Shown here: in pieces, positions 1 to 6,681 of the stretch
How positions within the stretch are numbered: the first letter of the stretch is position 1
Layout: each line of letters starts with the position of its first letter
NCBI GenBank assembly: GCA_030432795.1
Contig: JAUILW010000001.1
Location: forward strand, 1 to 51,238
Reading direction: 5' to 3'
Length of the DNA: 51,238 nucleotides
From: Gammaproteobacteria bacterium
Lineage (GTDB): Bacteria > Pseudomonadota > Gammaproteobacteria > Pseudomonadales > Azotimanducaceae
Notes under the pieces: model-generated
Seen by the model: the letters and a program-made list of their open reading frames with translations, nothing else
What the model was told of the DNA's origin: nothing
Database searches by the model: none
Program-made: the position numbers and the translations under genes

Positions 1-1
1 T

Positions 2-769
2 GATCCTGGCATGGGCGTCGATGCCACCGGCTTCACGGTCGATGGCGGTACCGACCTGGTGGATCTCGAAAGCATCAGCGAGACCGAGTTCCAACGCGGC
101 AGCCTGCTCGCGCTCATCGATGATGAGCTGCTCGCGTTCCGCGATGTGACCAATAACGGCGATGGCACGTTCACGTTCTCGCGGGTGATTCGGGCGGTGC
201 TCGACACCGTGCCGCGTCCGCATGCCGATAACGCGCCGGTCTACTTTCTGACGGCCGTCACCAACTTCGATGAGGCTCCGCTCGGCGTCGATGGGTCCCT
301 GAGCGTCAAGCTGCTGCCCTACACCGATCGCACCGTGCTCTCCCTGGGGGATGTCTCCGCGCTCGCGCTAACCACCGACTCCCGCGCTGCGCGCGCGTAC
401 CCGCCGGGCAACGTGAAGGTGAACGGCGACGTCGATCCGCCGGAGGTGGTCGGGGATGCGGTGATCACCTGGTCGCACCGGAACCGGGTCACGCAATATG
501 CGGCCGATCAAATCGTGCAGCAGGATGTCAGCTCGGGCTACTCGGCCGAAGGCGATTATCTGCTGGAGTTCTGGATCGATGGCGTGCTGCGTTCCTCCGC
601 AAACACCACCGGTACCTCGCACACGTATACCGAGGCGCAGCGGATCTCCGACTTCGGTTCCGATCTGCTCGCCGAGGTCGAGGTGCGGCTCTACGGGCGA
701 AACGCGGATCTGACCACGCGTTCGGCGTTCTATCAGCGCCTGGTGTTCTCGATGTTCTCTCCAAGCTGA
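2..769 (+). CDS. 3' part of tail-tip host-specificity (J-like) protein gene; 5' end is off the window; diverged duplicate of the end of 48733..51117
   Basis: The frame is open from the window edge to TGA 767-769. The translation differs from the C-terminus of the 794-aa product at only 4 residues (L/V, L/F, L/F, V/A). Confidence 0.85.
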   Translation, partial: DPGMGVDATGFTVDGGTDLVDLESISETEFQRGSLLALIDDELLAFRDVTNNGDGTFTFSRVIRAVLDTVPRPHADNAPVYFLTAVTNFDEAPLGVDGSLSVKLLPYTDRTVLSLGDVSALALTTDSRAARAYPPGNVKVNGDVDPPEVVGDAVITWSHRNRVTQYAADQIVQQDVSSGYSAEGDYLLEFWIDGVLRSSANTTGTSHTYTEAQRISDFGSDLLAEVEVRLYGRNADLTTRSAFYQRLVFSMFSPS

Positions 770-771
770 TC

Positions 772-787
772 CGGCGGCGCTCCGCCG
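772..787 (+). terminator. Short GC hairpin after the J-like gene; weak terminator candidate
   Basis: CGGCGG-cgct-CCGCCG directly after the stop codon. No clear T-tract follows. Confidence 0.3.
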
Positions 788-804
788 TGCGATAAAAATA
801 TGAT

Positions 805-833
805 TTGTATCCGCTTGCCGGTCATGGTGCTAT
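805..833 (+). promoter_or_regulatory. Putative sigma70-type early promoter P0 (divergent member of the repeat-promoter family)
   Basis: TTGTAT (805-810), 17-nt spacer, TGCTAT (828-833), with TGG just upstream (extended -10) and an A-rich tract GATAAAAATATGA. An 8-bp hairpin GCATGCAC/GTGCATGC follows at 838-861. Confidence 0.5.
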
Positions 834-923
834 CGGCGCATGCACTTTGTCTGGTGCATGCCACCTGGGGCGTTCCAGGCCGCGGCACCGCGAAACGTGG
901 GCCGCCTAATGTTGGAGCATCTT

Positions 924-1355
924 ATGCACTTGAATATCTTCGTCTCCCCGAGCACCCTGCCCGCCGATATGCAGCCGACCGGCAAGCGGATGCACATTTT
1001 CACGCCGGCCGATCGTTTCCGGGCCTGGCCGAATGAGGAAACCCCGGACGACAACTGTTCGAAGTTCGGGCTGCACCTGGTGGTGGAAGGTCCGGGCTCC
1101 GGTGAAGGCTGGATGCGGATCTACCCGATCATGCAATACGACGTGATCCAGGGCCGCATCCCACATCTGGTTGACCTGGTTGCTGCCGCGATGGGCATCT
1201 CGCCCGGTCAGCTCTCAGATGTGCAGGAGGCGATACCCGACGATCCGGATCTGGCCGTCGATGTGGCGCTACCGTTCTGCCTTTGCCCGATGCTGGCCTA
1301 CCTCGATCCCACCACTCTGGCGCACGTCGTTTGTGATCTGGTGGCGAACTCATGA
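924..1355 (+). CDS. Hypothetical early protein (143 aa)
   Basis: GGAG lies 6 nt upstream of ATG 924. The longer ORF from 840 would start inside the leader hairpin. GC-rich third positions. No family recognised. Confidence 0.65.
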   Translation: MHLNIFVSPSTLPADMQPTGKRMHIFTPADRFRAWPNEETPDDNCSKFGLHLVVEGPGSGEGWMRIYPIMQYDVIQGRIPHLVDLVAAAMGISPGQLSDVQEAIPDDPDLAVDVALPFCLCPMLAYLDPTTLAHVVCDLVANS

Positions 1356-1570
1356 GCGCGCAGCACCTGCAGGACTCCGTCGGGATGCCCTATGGCGGCC
1401 TGGCGTTCGCGCACCTGGATCTGGAGCTGGGCGAGTCGCTGTTCGGCTCTGGCGTTGGCGATGATCCGGGCGTGGTGGTCGGCGGCCGTCGGCTAGATCG
1501 TCTCGGCCGGGATCCCTCGCACCTGCTGTCCTGGTACCACGAACGCGCGCGCCGTCGCGCCGACCGTTAG
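1352..1570 (+). CDS. Hypothetical early protein (72 aa), Arg-rich C-terminus
   Basis: ATGA start/stop overlap with the upstream gene. GC3-rich codons. Followed by a terminator hairpin. Confidence 0.55.
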   Translation: MSAQHLQDSVGMPYGGLAFAHLDLELGESLFGSGVGDDPGVVVGGRRLDRLGRDPSHLLSWYHERARRRADR

Positions 1571-1576
1571 ACCTCC

Positions 1577-1606
1577 GCGGGCGCTCGATCGGGCGCCCGC
1601 TTCTCC
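1577..1606 (+). terminator. Intrinsic terminator candidate
   Basis: GCGGGCGC (1577-1584), 8-nt loop, GCGCCCGC (1593-1600), followed by TTCTCC. Confidence 0.5.
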
Positions 1607-1622
1607 GCCTGCCACCGCCGCA

Positions 1623-1720
1623 AAAATAAATGCAAAAATGATTTGTACCCCGTTCCGGGCTATGGTGTTATTACCTCACTGGCGGGGCGGACCCGCCACC
1701 CACCGGGGGGGACCCGGACC
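1623..1720 (+). promoter_or_regulatory. Promoter-leader repeat, copy 1 (P1)
   Basis: A-rich UP-like tract AAAATAAATGCAAAAATGA. TTGTAC (1643-1648), 17-nt spacer, TGTTAT (1666-1671) with TGG upstream. Then two hairpins: GGCGGG-GCGGA-CCCGCC (1681-1697) and CCGGG-GGGGA-CCCGG (1703-1717). Identical to copy 3. Confidence 0.6.
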
Positions 1721-1733
1721 CAGGAGAAGCCAA

Positions 1734-1973
1734 ATGTTCAAACTCACGATCAACGAAGAGCAGCAAATGATCCGCGCCGCCATGGCCACCGCGCGTCAGT
1801 ACGTCGGCCCGGATGCCGTCGACCACGCGTTCGATGATGAGGACGTCTTCGAATTCGTCGCTTCCGCCTGCCTCGACCACGCGCGGTCTTCCCTCGGTCG
1901 CGTTCGGGTAACCACCGCCGACGTCGCCGAAGCCGCGCGCCTGGCGCTCGAAATGGCGGATGCCGGCCTGTAG
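1734..1973 (+). CDS. Hypothetical small early protein (79 aa); paralog of 3570..3809
   Basis: AGGAGAAG RBS before ATG 1734. About 50% identity by eye to the 3570..3809 product (shared MIR.A..TAR.Y.GP...H.FD..EVFE.VA.AC.....L.RVRVT.AD.E.AARL..EMA.AGL). Confidence 0.75.
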   Translation: MFKLTINEEQQMIRAAMATARQYVGPDAVDHAFDDEDVFEFVASACLDHARSSLGRVRVTTADVAEAARLALEMADAGL

Positions 1974-2003
1974 GCCGGCTTCACCTGGACCAAGGAGAGA
2001 AAA

Positions 2004-2228
2004 ATGGCAAACGCAACCAACCAAGCAGCCCAGGCCGAGTACTTCAACCAGGCACGTCGCGCTTCCGCGGCTCTGGAAGCTCTGCAAGCCCTGCACGCCG
2101 AGCAGCTGTCCGCTCAGCGCCCGAACGGCGGCGACGTCGACACCAACTGGGGCCACGTCGGCTCGATGGAGCACCTGGCAGACCAGCTCGAAGACCTCTG
2201 CAAGCTGCTCCGCGGCGAAGACCGCTAG
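2004..2228 (+). CDS. Hypothetical small protein (74 aa)
   Basis: AAGGAGAG RBS. GC3-rich. A terminator hairpin follows. Confidence 0.7.
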   Translation: MANATNQAAQAEYFNQARRASAALEALQALHAEQLSAQRPNGGDVDTNWGHVGSMEHLADQLEDLCKLLRGEDR

Positions 2229-2235
2229 ACCACCC

Positions 2236-2260
2236 GGCGCCGCTCCGGCGGCGCCTTTCC
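2236..2260 (+). terminator. Intrinsic terminator candidate
   Basis: GGCGCCGC-tccg-GCGGCGCC followed by TTTCC. Confidence 0.55.
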
Positions 2261-2281
2261 TGATCACCTGGAGATACGAAA

Positions 2282-2554
2282 ATGCGCGAACCCAACTCTA
2301 AAGAACTCGAATCGATCGTGCGGGCCTGGCGCCGCTGCACCGGCAACGACTACATCGACCCGGACGAGGTGATCGTCCACGAGGACTTCGCTGGTGCCAC
2401 CGTCGCGGTGGTGCTGTCCGGCGAGACCTCCGCCATGGCCATGTTCTGGTTCACCGACGATGGCCAGGTCCGTCGCCTGGTGTCCGGCGACATCCTCGGG
2501 TATGGCCTGGGCATCGACGCGTCCGACATGATGCAGCCAGGGGAGCGCTTCTAA
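2282..2554 (+). CDS. Hypothetical protein (90 aa)
   Basis: GGAGA RBS upstream of ATG 2282. Coupled to the next gene (stop/start overlap at 2554). Confidence 0.7.
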   Translation: MREPNSKELESIVRAWRRCTGNDYIDPDEVIVHEDFAGATVAVVLSGETSAMAMFWFTDDGQVRRLVSGDILGYGLGIDASDMMQPGERF

Positions 2555-3000
2555 TGCCGGCTTTGGATGAATCCGTCGCTCTGGCTGCGTCCGGTCGCGC
2601 ACGCGCGGTTTTGCTGATCGCGCCTGGTAACGATGGGCCCGCGATCGAGCACCTGCTCTCGGCGCTCGAAGCGGGCCCACACCCGATGCGGGAGGGACTG
2701 CCGCAGTGGTACCTACCGAACGGCCGTCTCTCCACCCGCCGCGATAACGTCGTGGCGCGGTGGCTCGCCGAGGTCGGGGTTGATGCGGAGCGCCACGCGG
2801 ATCGCGCTCGGCACCGCAATGCCGGCAACCAGCACGCGGCGAAAGCGCCCGACGAGCTGCGTAGCGCGAAGGTTACCTTTCGGGTGTCTGGTGCTGTGAA
2901 AGCGCGGTGGGTCAAAGCGGCTCAACGCTCGAACATGAACCTGTCCGAATACGTGACCGCGCTCTGCAACGCCGAGGCCGAGCGCCTGGGAGTGAAGTAA
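2554..3000 (+). CDS. Protein with C-terminal ribbon-helix-helix (Arc/CopG-like) DNA-binding domain (148 aa)
   Basis: The C-terminus KVTFRVSGAVKARWVKAAQRSNMNLSEYVTALCN has the strand-helix-helix pattern typical of RHH regulators. Confidence 0.6.
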   Translation: MPALDESVALAASGRARAVLLIAPGNDGPAIEHLLSALEAGPHPMREGLPQWYLPNGRLSTRRDNVVARWLAEVGVDAERHADRARHRNAGNQHAAKAPDELRSAKVTFRVSGAVKARWVKAAQRSNMNLSEYVTALCNAEAERLGVK

Positions 3001-3212
3001 TGGGCGCCGCTCCGCTGCCGCCCGAGCTGGTGGAGTTTATCGGTCTGCTTCAACTTGCCGACCAGGTCCGCGATCGTGTCGTTGAGGGCCTGGTTTCGGC
3101 TGTCCGGCCGCAGTCTGAAGATGCTTTTACCGAAGACCGCATTGCGGATCTGCAGGATGCTCGGGATTCGTTGTCGCGCGTGCTGCTGCTGCTCGGCAAC
3201 GAGTACGTTTGA
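3000..3212 (+). CDS. Hypothetical helical protein (70 aa)
   Basis: TAATG overlap with the upstream stop. The longer ORF from 2907 would overlap the previous gene. Confidence 0.55.
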   Translation: MGAAPLPPELVEFIGLLQLADQVRDRVVEGLVSAVRPQSEDAFTEDRIADLQDARDSLSRVLLLLGNEYV

Positions 3213-3232
3213 TCGGCGCTCTGGCCTGGCAA

Positions 3233-3330
3233 AAAATAAATGCAAAAATGATTTGTACCCCGCCGGTGGCTATGGTGTTATTACCTCACTGGCGGGGCGG
3301 ACCCGCCACCCACCGGGGGGGACCCGGACC
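3233..3330 (+). promoter_or_regulatory. Promoter-leader repeat, copy 2 (P2)
   Basis: Same element as copy 1. TTGTAC 3253-3258, TGTTAT 3276-3281, hairpins 3291-3307 and 3313-3327. It differs only within the promoter spacer (gccggtgg versus gttccggg). Confidence 0.6.
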
Positions 3331-3345
3331 GAGAGGAAACTCGCC

Positions 3346-3567
3346 ATGATCAAGAATGTCTACTACCGCTCCTTCGCCGAAACCGGCACCACCACCCGCA
3401 TCGACCAGCACTATCGCCCCAACGGCAAGGTGGTTCGGTACCGCCTGGTGCAGATGGACCTGGACTCCATGAACCTGATTGAGCAGAAGATCTTCGCTCC
3501 GGAAGACCTCGACAAGGCGCTCGAATACGCCGCTCTGATCGAAGCCTTCAACACCGAGGAGGTGTAG
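3346..3567 (+). CDS. Hypothetical small early protein (73 aa)
   Basis: GAGAGGAAA RBS. It is the first ORF downstream of the P2 leader. Confidence 0.7.
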   Translation: MIKNVYYRSFAETGTTTRIDQHYRPNGKVVRYRLVQMDLDSMNLIEQKIFAPEDLDKALEYAALIEAFNTEEV

Positions 3568-3569
3568 CC

Positions 3570-3809
3570 ATGTCCGCTTTCACCCGCCTCCAAGAGCAGC
3601 TAATGATCCGCTCCGCGCTCAAAACCGCGCGCCACTACGCCGGTCCGGAATCCTCCGCCCACTCTTTCGACGCCGACGAGGTGTTCGAGATCGTCGCGCA
3701 GGCCTGCCGCAACTACGCGCAGGCCTGCCTGGTGCGCGTTCGGGTCACCGCGGCCGATATCGAATCCGCCGCGCGCCTCACCATCGAAATGGCAGAAGCC
3801 GGCCTCTAG
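3570..3809 (+). CDS. Hypothetical small early protein (79 aa); paralog of 1734..1973
   Basis: GAGGAGG just upstream. Paralogy as described for 1734..1973. Confidence 0.75.
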   Translation: MSAFTRLQEQLMIRSALKTARHYAGPESSAHSFDADEVFEIVAQACRNYAQACLVRVRVTAADIESAARLTIEMAEAGL

Positions 3810-3839
3810 GCCGGCTCTCCCGCGTCGAAAAGAAACCCG

Positions 3840-3937
3840 AAAATAAATGCAAAAATGATTTGTACCCCGTTCCGGGCTATGGTGTTATTACCTCACTGGC
3901 GGGGCGGACCCGCCACCCACCGGGGGGGACCCGGACC
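3840..3937 (+). promoter_or_regulatory. Promoter-leader repeat, copy 3 (P3)
   Basis: TTGTAC 3860-3865, TGTTAT 3883-3888, hairpins 3898-3914 and 3920-3934. Identical to copy 1 from AAAATAAATGC to GGACC. Confidence 0.6.
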
Positions 3938-3950
3938 GAGGAGAAGCAAA

Positions 3951-4103
3951 ATGCAAAATTCACTAAACGATCTTCTGAACGCTGAGCTGGACCTGGTACT
4001 CGAGCTGTGGTTCTTCCTGGTTGCCGGTGGTGTCGCTCATCACCAGCTGAACGGCGCGTCTCGCAAGGCGCTCGATCTGCTCGCTCTGGAGTCGCTGGTA
4101 TGA
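3951..4103 (+). CDS. Hypothetical small protein (50 aa), hydrophobic centre
   Basis: GAGGAGAAG RBS before ATG 3951. Contains LELWFFLVAGGVA. Confidence 0.55.
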   Translation: MQNSLNDLLNAELDLVLELWFFLVAGGVAHHQLNGASRKALDLLALESLV

Positions 4104-4330
4104 GCTACCTCAGCGAAGCGCAAATCCGCAAGATGGCCGACCGCGCCTTCACCGCCTACGAGATGGCCTGCACCTGGAGCGCCGCGTTTGACGCGGCGCA
4201 GGAGCTGGCTTTGGAGGAGTTCGGGATCCGGCCGCGCCGGTCCGCGGTGATGCTCGCCGTCAAGCATGCGAAGGTCCGGTGGATGGCCGAATCCGCGCGG
4301 GTGCGGCGGGCGATCGAGGAATCCAGCTGA
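4100..4330 (+). CDS. Hypothetical small protein (76 aa)
   Basis: ATGA overlap with the upstream stop. GC3-rich. Confidence 0.6.
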   Translation: MSYLSEAQIRKMADRAFTAYEMACTWSAAFDAAQELALEEFGIRPRRSAVMLAVKHAKVRWMAESARVRRAIEESS

Positions 4331-4338
4331 TACTCTGA

Positions 4339-4371
4339 ACGGGAGGGCGCTTCCGGGTAGCGCCTTCCCGT
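4339..4371. terminator. 13-bp stem hairpin at the convergent junction of the early + cassettes and the - operon
   Basis: ACGGGAGGGCGCT-tccgggt-AGCGCCTTCCCGT (one G.T pair). No T-run, so function is uncertain. Confidence 0.4.
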
Positions 4372-4655
4372 AAGCCGGCAAGAGCGGAACATCACCGGCC
4401 CGCGGCCGCGCTGGCTCTCCTACCCTGGCGCGGCCGCTCCACTCGCCTTCTCTAGGTTGCGTTGGCAGCGGCTGCACGTCGGCGCTTTCCCCGCGGGCCA
4501 CTCCACGTCCCAGCCCATACTGCGGCGTCCCGGTTCTGTTCCGCAGGACGCCTTCCCGTATCCAAAGTGACGAGTGTCGCCGGGCACCATGTGGATGACG
4601 TGGCCTTGATCCCGCGCCGCTCCGTCGCGGAGGGTCCCCATTTTGACTGCGGGCT

Positions 4656-6467
4656 TCACTCGTCCGGTCCTGCCGCCTTCGGTGCCCGCAGCTCGGGTGG
4701 CAGCCAGTCGCTGAACGCGGCCGCTTCGGCCAGGGCTTCGGCGATTTGCGTGACCTTCAGCCTGGGCAGCTGCTCCCGGCACCATTCCTCGCTTTTAAGC
4801 TCCGGCGCGATCTGCACCAGGTGCGCCTTGCGAAGCCGGCCGAAGTAGTTCTGTGCCGTCGGGGTCCAGTGGTTGCGGACGCTCTGGTTCATCAGGCCCG
4901 GCAAAGCTCCGCGCAGGCGGTGCACCATCGGCTCCGTCATCATGTACGCCAGGGCGACGGCCGTTGCCGCTTCGCGTTCGTCCTGGGGTGTCTTCATAAA
5001 CGCGACCAGGGCTTCTCCGTCGCTCTCTGCCTGAGCGATCGCCTGGAAGGCAGGGTAATCGTCCACCAATGTCGGCGCGGCCCGTGAAAACAAGCCCGGC
5101 GCAGTGCTGTTCATCGTGTCGGCATGTTGCGTCGTGCGCAGCCATGCCTGGTCGAGAAACTGCCGGTTGTATTCCCTGCCGACCAGGGTGCGGCAAAGCT
5201 CGAAAGCCAGCAGGTTGAGAGCCGTCCCGATGGGGTGCGGTTCTGTGATCAGCTCCAGCCGTAATGCGCTGAAAAGCACCCGGCTGAGGTCCTGGTCGAG
5301 GGCTGCGGGGATAGGCGGCGTTGTATCGTCCGGATCCGTGTCGTTTCCGGCTGCCTTGCGGTCAGCCTGTGCCTTTGCCTTGCGCTCCGCCTTGCGCGCC
5401 TCCTGGGCGCTGACGAGGTTGCGGTGGTGGGTGAACTGTCCGTCGTATCCCAACGTCACCAGCGCGCCACACTCCGCGCGTCCGGCCCTGCTGCGTGGTG
5501 CTGGCGTCTTGGCCTGTAGTCGGTTGAGCCGATCGTCGTGGTCCTTCAGGGTGCCGTCTACCCAGCCGTATCCTTGCTCGCGCAGCTTCTGCATCTCTGC
5601 TTCGAGAAGTTCCTCCGCGATCTTGAGCGCCATGTCCGGCCGGTCGAAGGTTTCGGTTTCGCTGAAGAGGTCGGTTTCGATTCCGTATCCCTGGTTAAGG
5701 TATTCGTCCTTGACCAGCTTGCCGATCCGGCTGTCCGTCGGCATGGGCTCGCCGCCGATGATGGTCGTGATCTCGTCCGTCGCCCAATACCAATTGCCTT
5801 TGTGCTTCTCCGTAAGCTGCTGGTGAATCTCCAGCTGGCGGTCCTGGTCCGGCTCCGCGGCGTAAGCGATCAGGTGCTCGATGGTCATTCGGGAGCCGTG
5901 GTCATCAAACTCATCTGAGTCGTATTCGCCGACGTCCCTTGTTCCGGCCGGCTGACCCTGCTCGCGGAAGTAGTCAAGGATCTCCGGGTGCACGCCGCCG
6001 AGCACTTTGAGCCGCTTGATCGTGCGCAGGGGCTGCCCGACCGCCAGGGCGATCTCGTCATCCGGTACCCCGGCCTTTGCCAGGCCTGCGACCGCCATGG
6101 CCGTGTCGGCTGCGGAGAGCGGCTCTCGTTCGTCATTCTCATCGATGCTGGCGGCCGCCAGCTCGGCGTCGCTCATGTGCTCGAGAACGCGGGCATCGAC
6201 GGTCAGGCGCTCGCCGATGGCGCGCAGGGCAAGAAGCCGGCGCCGGCCTGCAATCACGCCGTAGGTCTGGTCATCGATCCGTGCGACCACGATGGGCTGG
6301 AGCACTCCGCGCTTGCGGATGCTCTCCACCAGGGCTGCATCATCCTGGCGGCTCTCGGGGTTGAACGGCTCCCTGGCGCGGACGTTCAGCGGGTGGATGA
6401 CCAGGTGGTCGAGGGCGATCCGGAGAATATCCTGCGCCGGGGCGGTGATCGTGTTGGTTTCCGTCAT
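4656..6467 (-). CDS. Large ParB/Srx N-terminal-domain protein (603 aa)
   Basis: N-terminus HLVIHPLNVR...VESIRKRGVLQPIVVARIDDQTYGVIAGRRRLLALRAIG matches the ParB-N (GxxRxxA box) pattern. It is followed by an HTH-like segment and a long C-terminal extension resembling ParB-like proteins of conjugative elements. Confidence 0.75.
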   Translation of the reverse strand: MTETNTITAPAQDILRIALDHLVIHPLNVRAREPFNPESRQDDAALVESIRKRGVLQPIVVARIDDQTYGVIAGRRRLLALRAIGERLTVDARVLEHMSDAELAAASIDENDEREPLSAADTAMAVAGLAKAGVPDDEIALAVGQPLRTIKRLKVLGGVHPEILDYFREQGQPAGTRDVGEYDSDEFDDHGSRMTIEHLIAYAAEPDQDRQLEIHQQLTEKHKGNWYWATDEITTIIGGEPMPTDSRIGKLVKDEYLNQGYGIETDLFSETETFDRPDMALKIAEELLEAEMQKLREQGYGWVDGTLKDHDDRLNRLQAKTPAPRSRAGRAECGALVTLGYDGQFTHHRNLVSAQEARKAERKAKAQADRKAAGNDTDPDDTTPPIPAALDQDLSRVLFSALRLELITEPHPIGTALNLLAFELCRTLVGREYNRQFLDQAWLRTTQHADTMNSTAPGLFSRAAPTLVDDYPAFQAIAQAESDGEALVAFMKTPQDEREAATAVALAYMMTEPMVHRLRGALPGLMNQSVRNHWTPTAQNYFGRLRKAHLVQIAPELKSEEWCREQLPRLKVTQIAEALAEAAAFSDWLPPELRAPKAAGPDE

Positions 6468-6477
6468 GGTGTTTCCC

Positions 6478-6681
6478 TTAGTGGTTTTCGATTGCTTCGA
6501 GCCGGACCTTCACCCGGACCAGCTCGTAGTGCCTTGGATTGAGCAGGCCGGCGCGCTCCCGCGCCGCCTCCCGCTTCGTGGTGCTGAAGGTCCAGGTGAT
6601 CGGTTTCTCGGCGCCTTTCCGCCGAACCGCCCAGCCGTCATAACCCCAGCGGGGGTTGAAGAGCCGGGTAATGCGGCTCAT
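6478..6681 (-). CDS. Small protein, possibly DUF2188-like (67 aa)
   Basis: GWAVRRKGAEKPITWTFSTTKREAARERA resembles the DUF2188 pattern (recalled from memory). Confidence 0.5.
   Translation of the reverse strand: MSRITRLFNPRWGYDGWAVRRKGAEKPITWTFSTTKREAARERAGLLNPRHYELVRVKVRLEAIENH

Larger units (their letters stand above)
1..890. repeat. Left copy of the terminal overlap; matches 50349..51238 (offset 50348 bp)
   Basis: Manual alignment. Positions 1-99 and 764-890 are identical to the right copy. About two dozen single-base differences lie between 100 and 763, all inside the J-like ORF. Confidence 0.95.

Noticed and set aside
1-890. Genuine long direct terminal repeats of the virion DNA.
   Set aside because: True terminal repeats are copied from one another and should be identical. 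These differ at about 3% of positions. In addition, the terminase is lambda (cos) type.
1638-1733. The peptide MICTPFRAMVLLPHWRGGPATHRGGPGPRRS is encoded identically at 1638 and 3855, extending the ORFs 1638..1973 and 3855..4103.
   Set aside because: It is a translation of the promoter-leader repeat itself (the ATG lies inside the -35 region). Copy 2 crosses the same DNA in a different frame. Good RBS-ATG pairs lie just downstream (1734, 3346, 3951).
2554-3212. The RHH protein plus the overlapping 70-aa ORF as a type II toxin-antitoxin pair.
   Set aside because: The downstream protein is acidic and helical, with no RelE/ParE/MazF-like features. The RHH domain sits at the C-terminus of a 148-aa protein, not in a small antitoxin.
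1623-3937. Possibility that the three ~100-bp direct repeats form a CRISPR-like array.
   Set aside because: Spacing is irregular (about 1.6 kb and 0.6 kb). The intervals contain protein-coding genes with RBSs. The repeats contain promoter consensus elements. No cas genes are present.
4372-4655. tRNA gene or attP core in the noncoding convergent junction.
   Set aside because: No cloverleaf or T-loop (GTTCGAATC-like) signature is visible, and no integrase is encoded anywhere. The region is left as an unexplained structured region rather than called.
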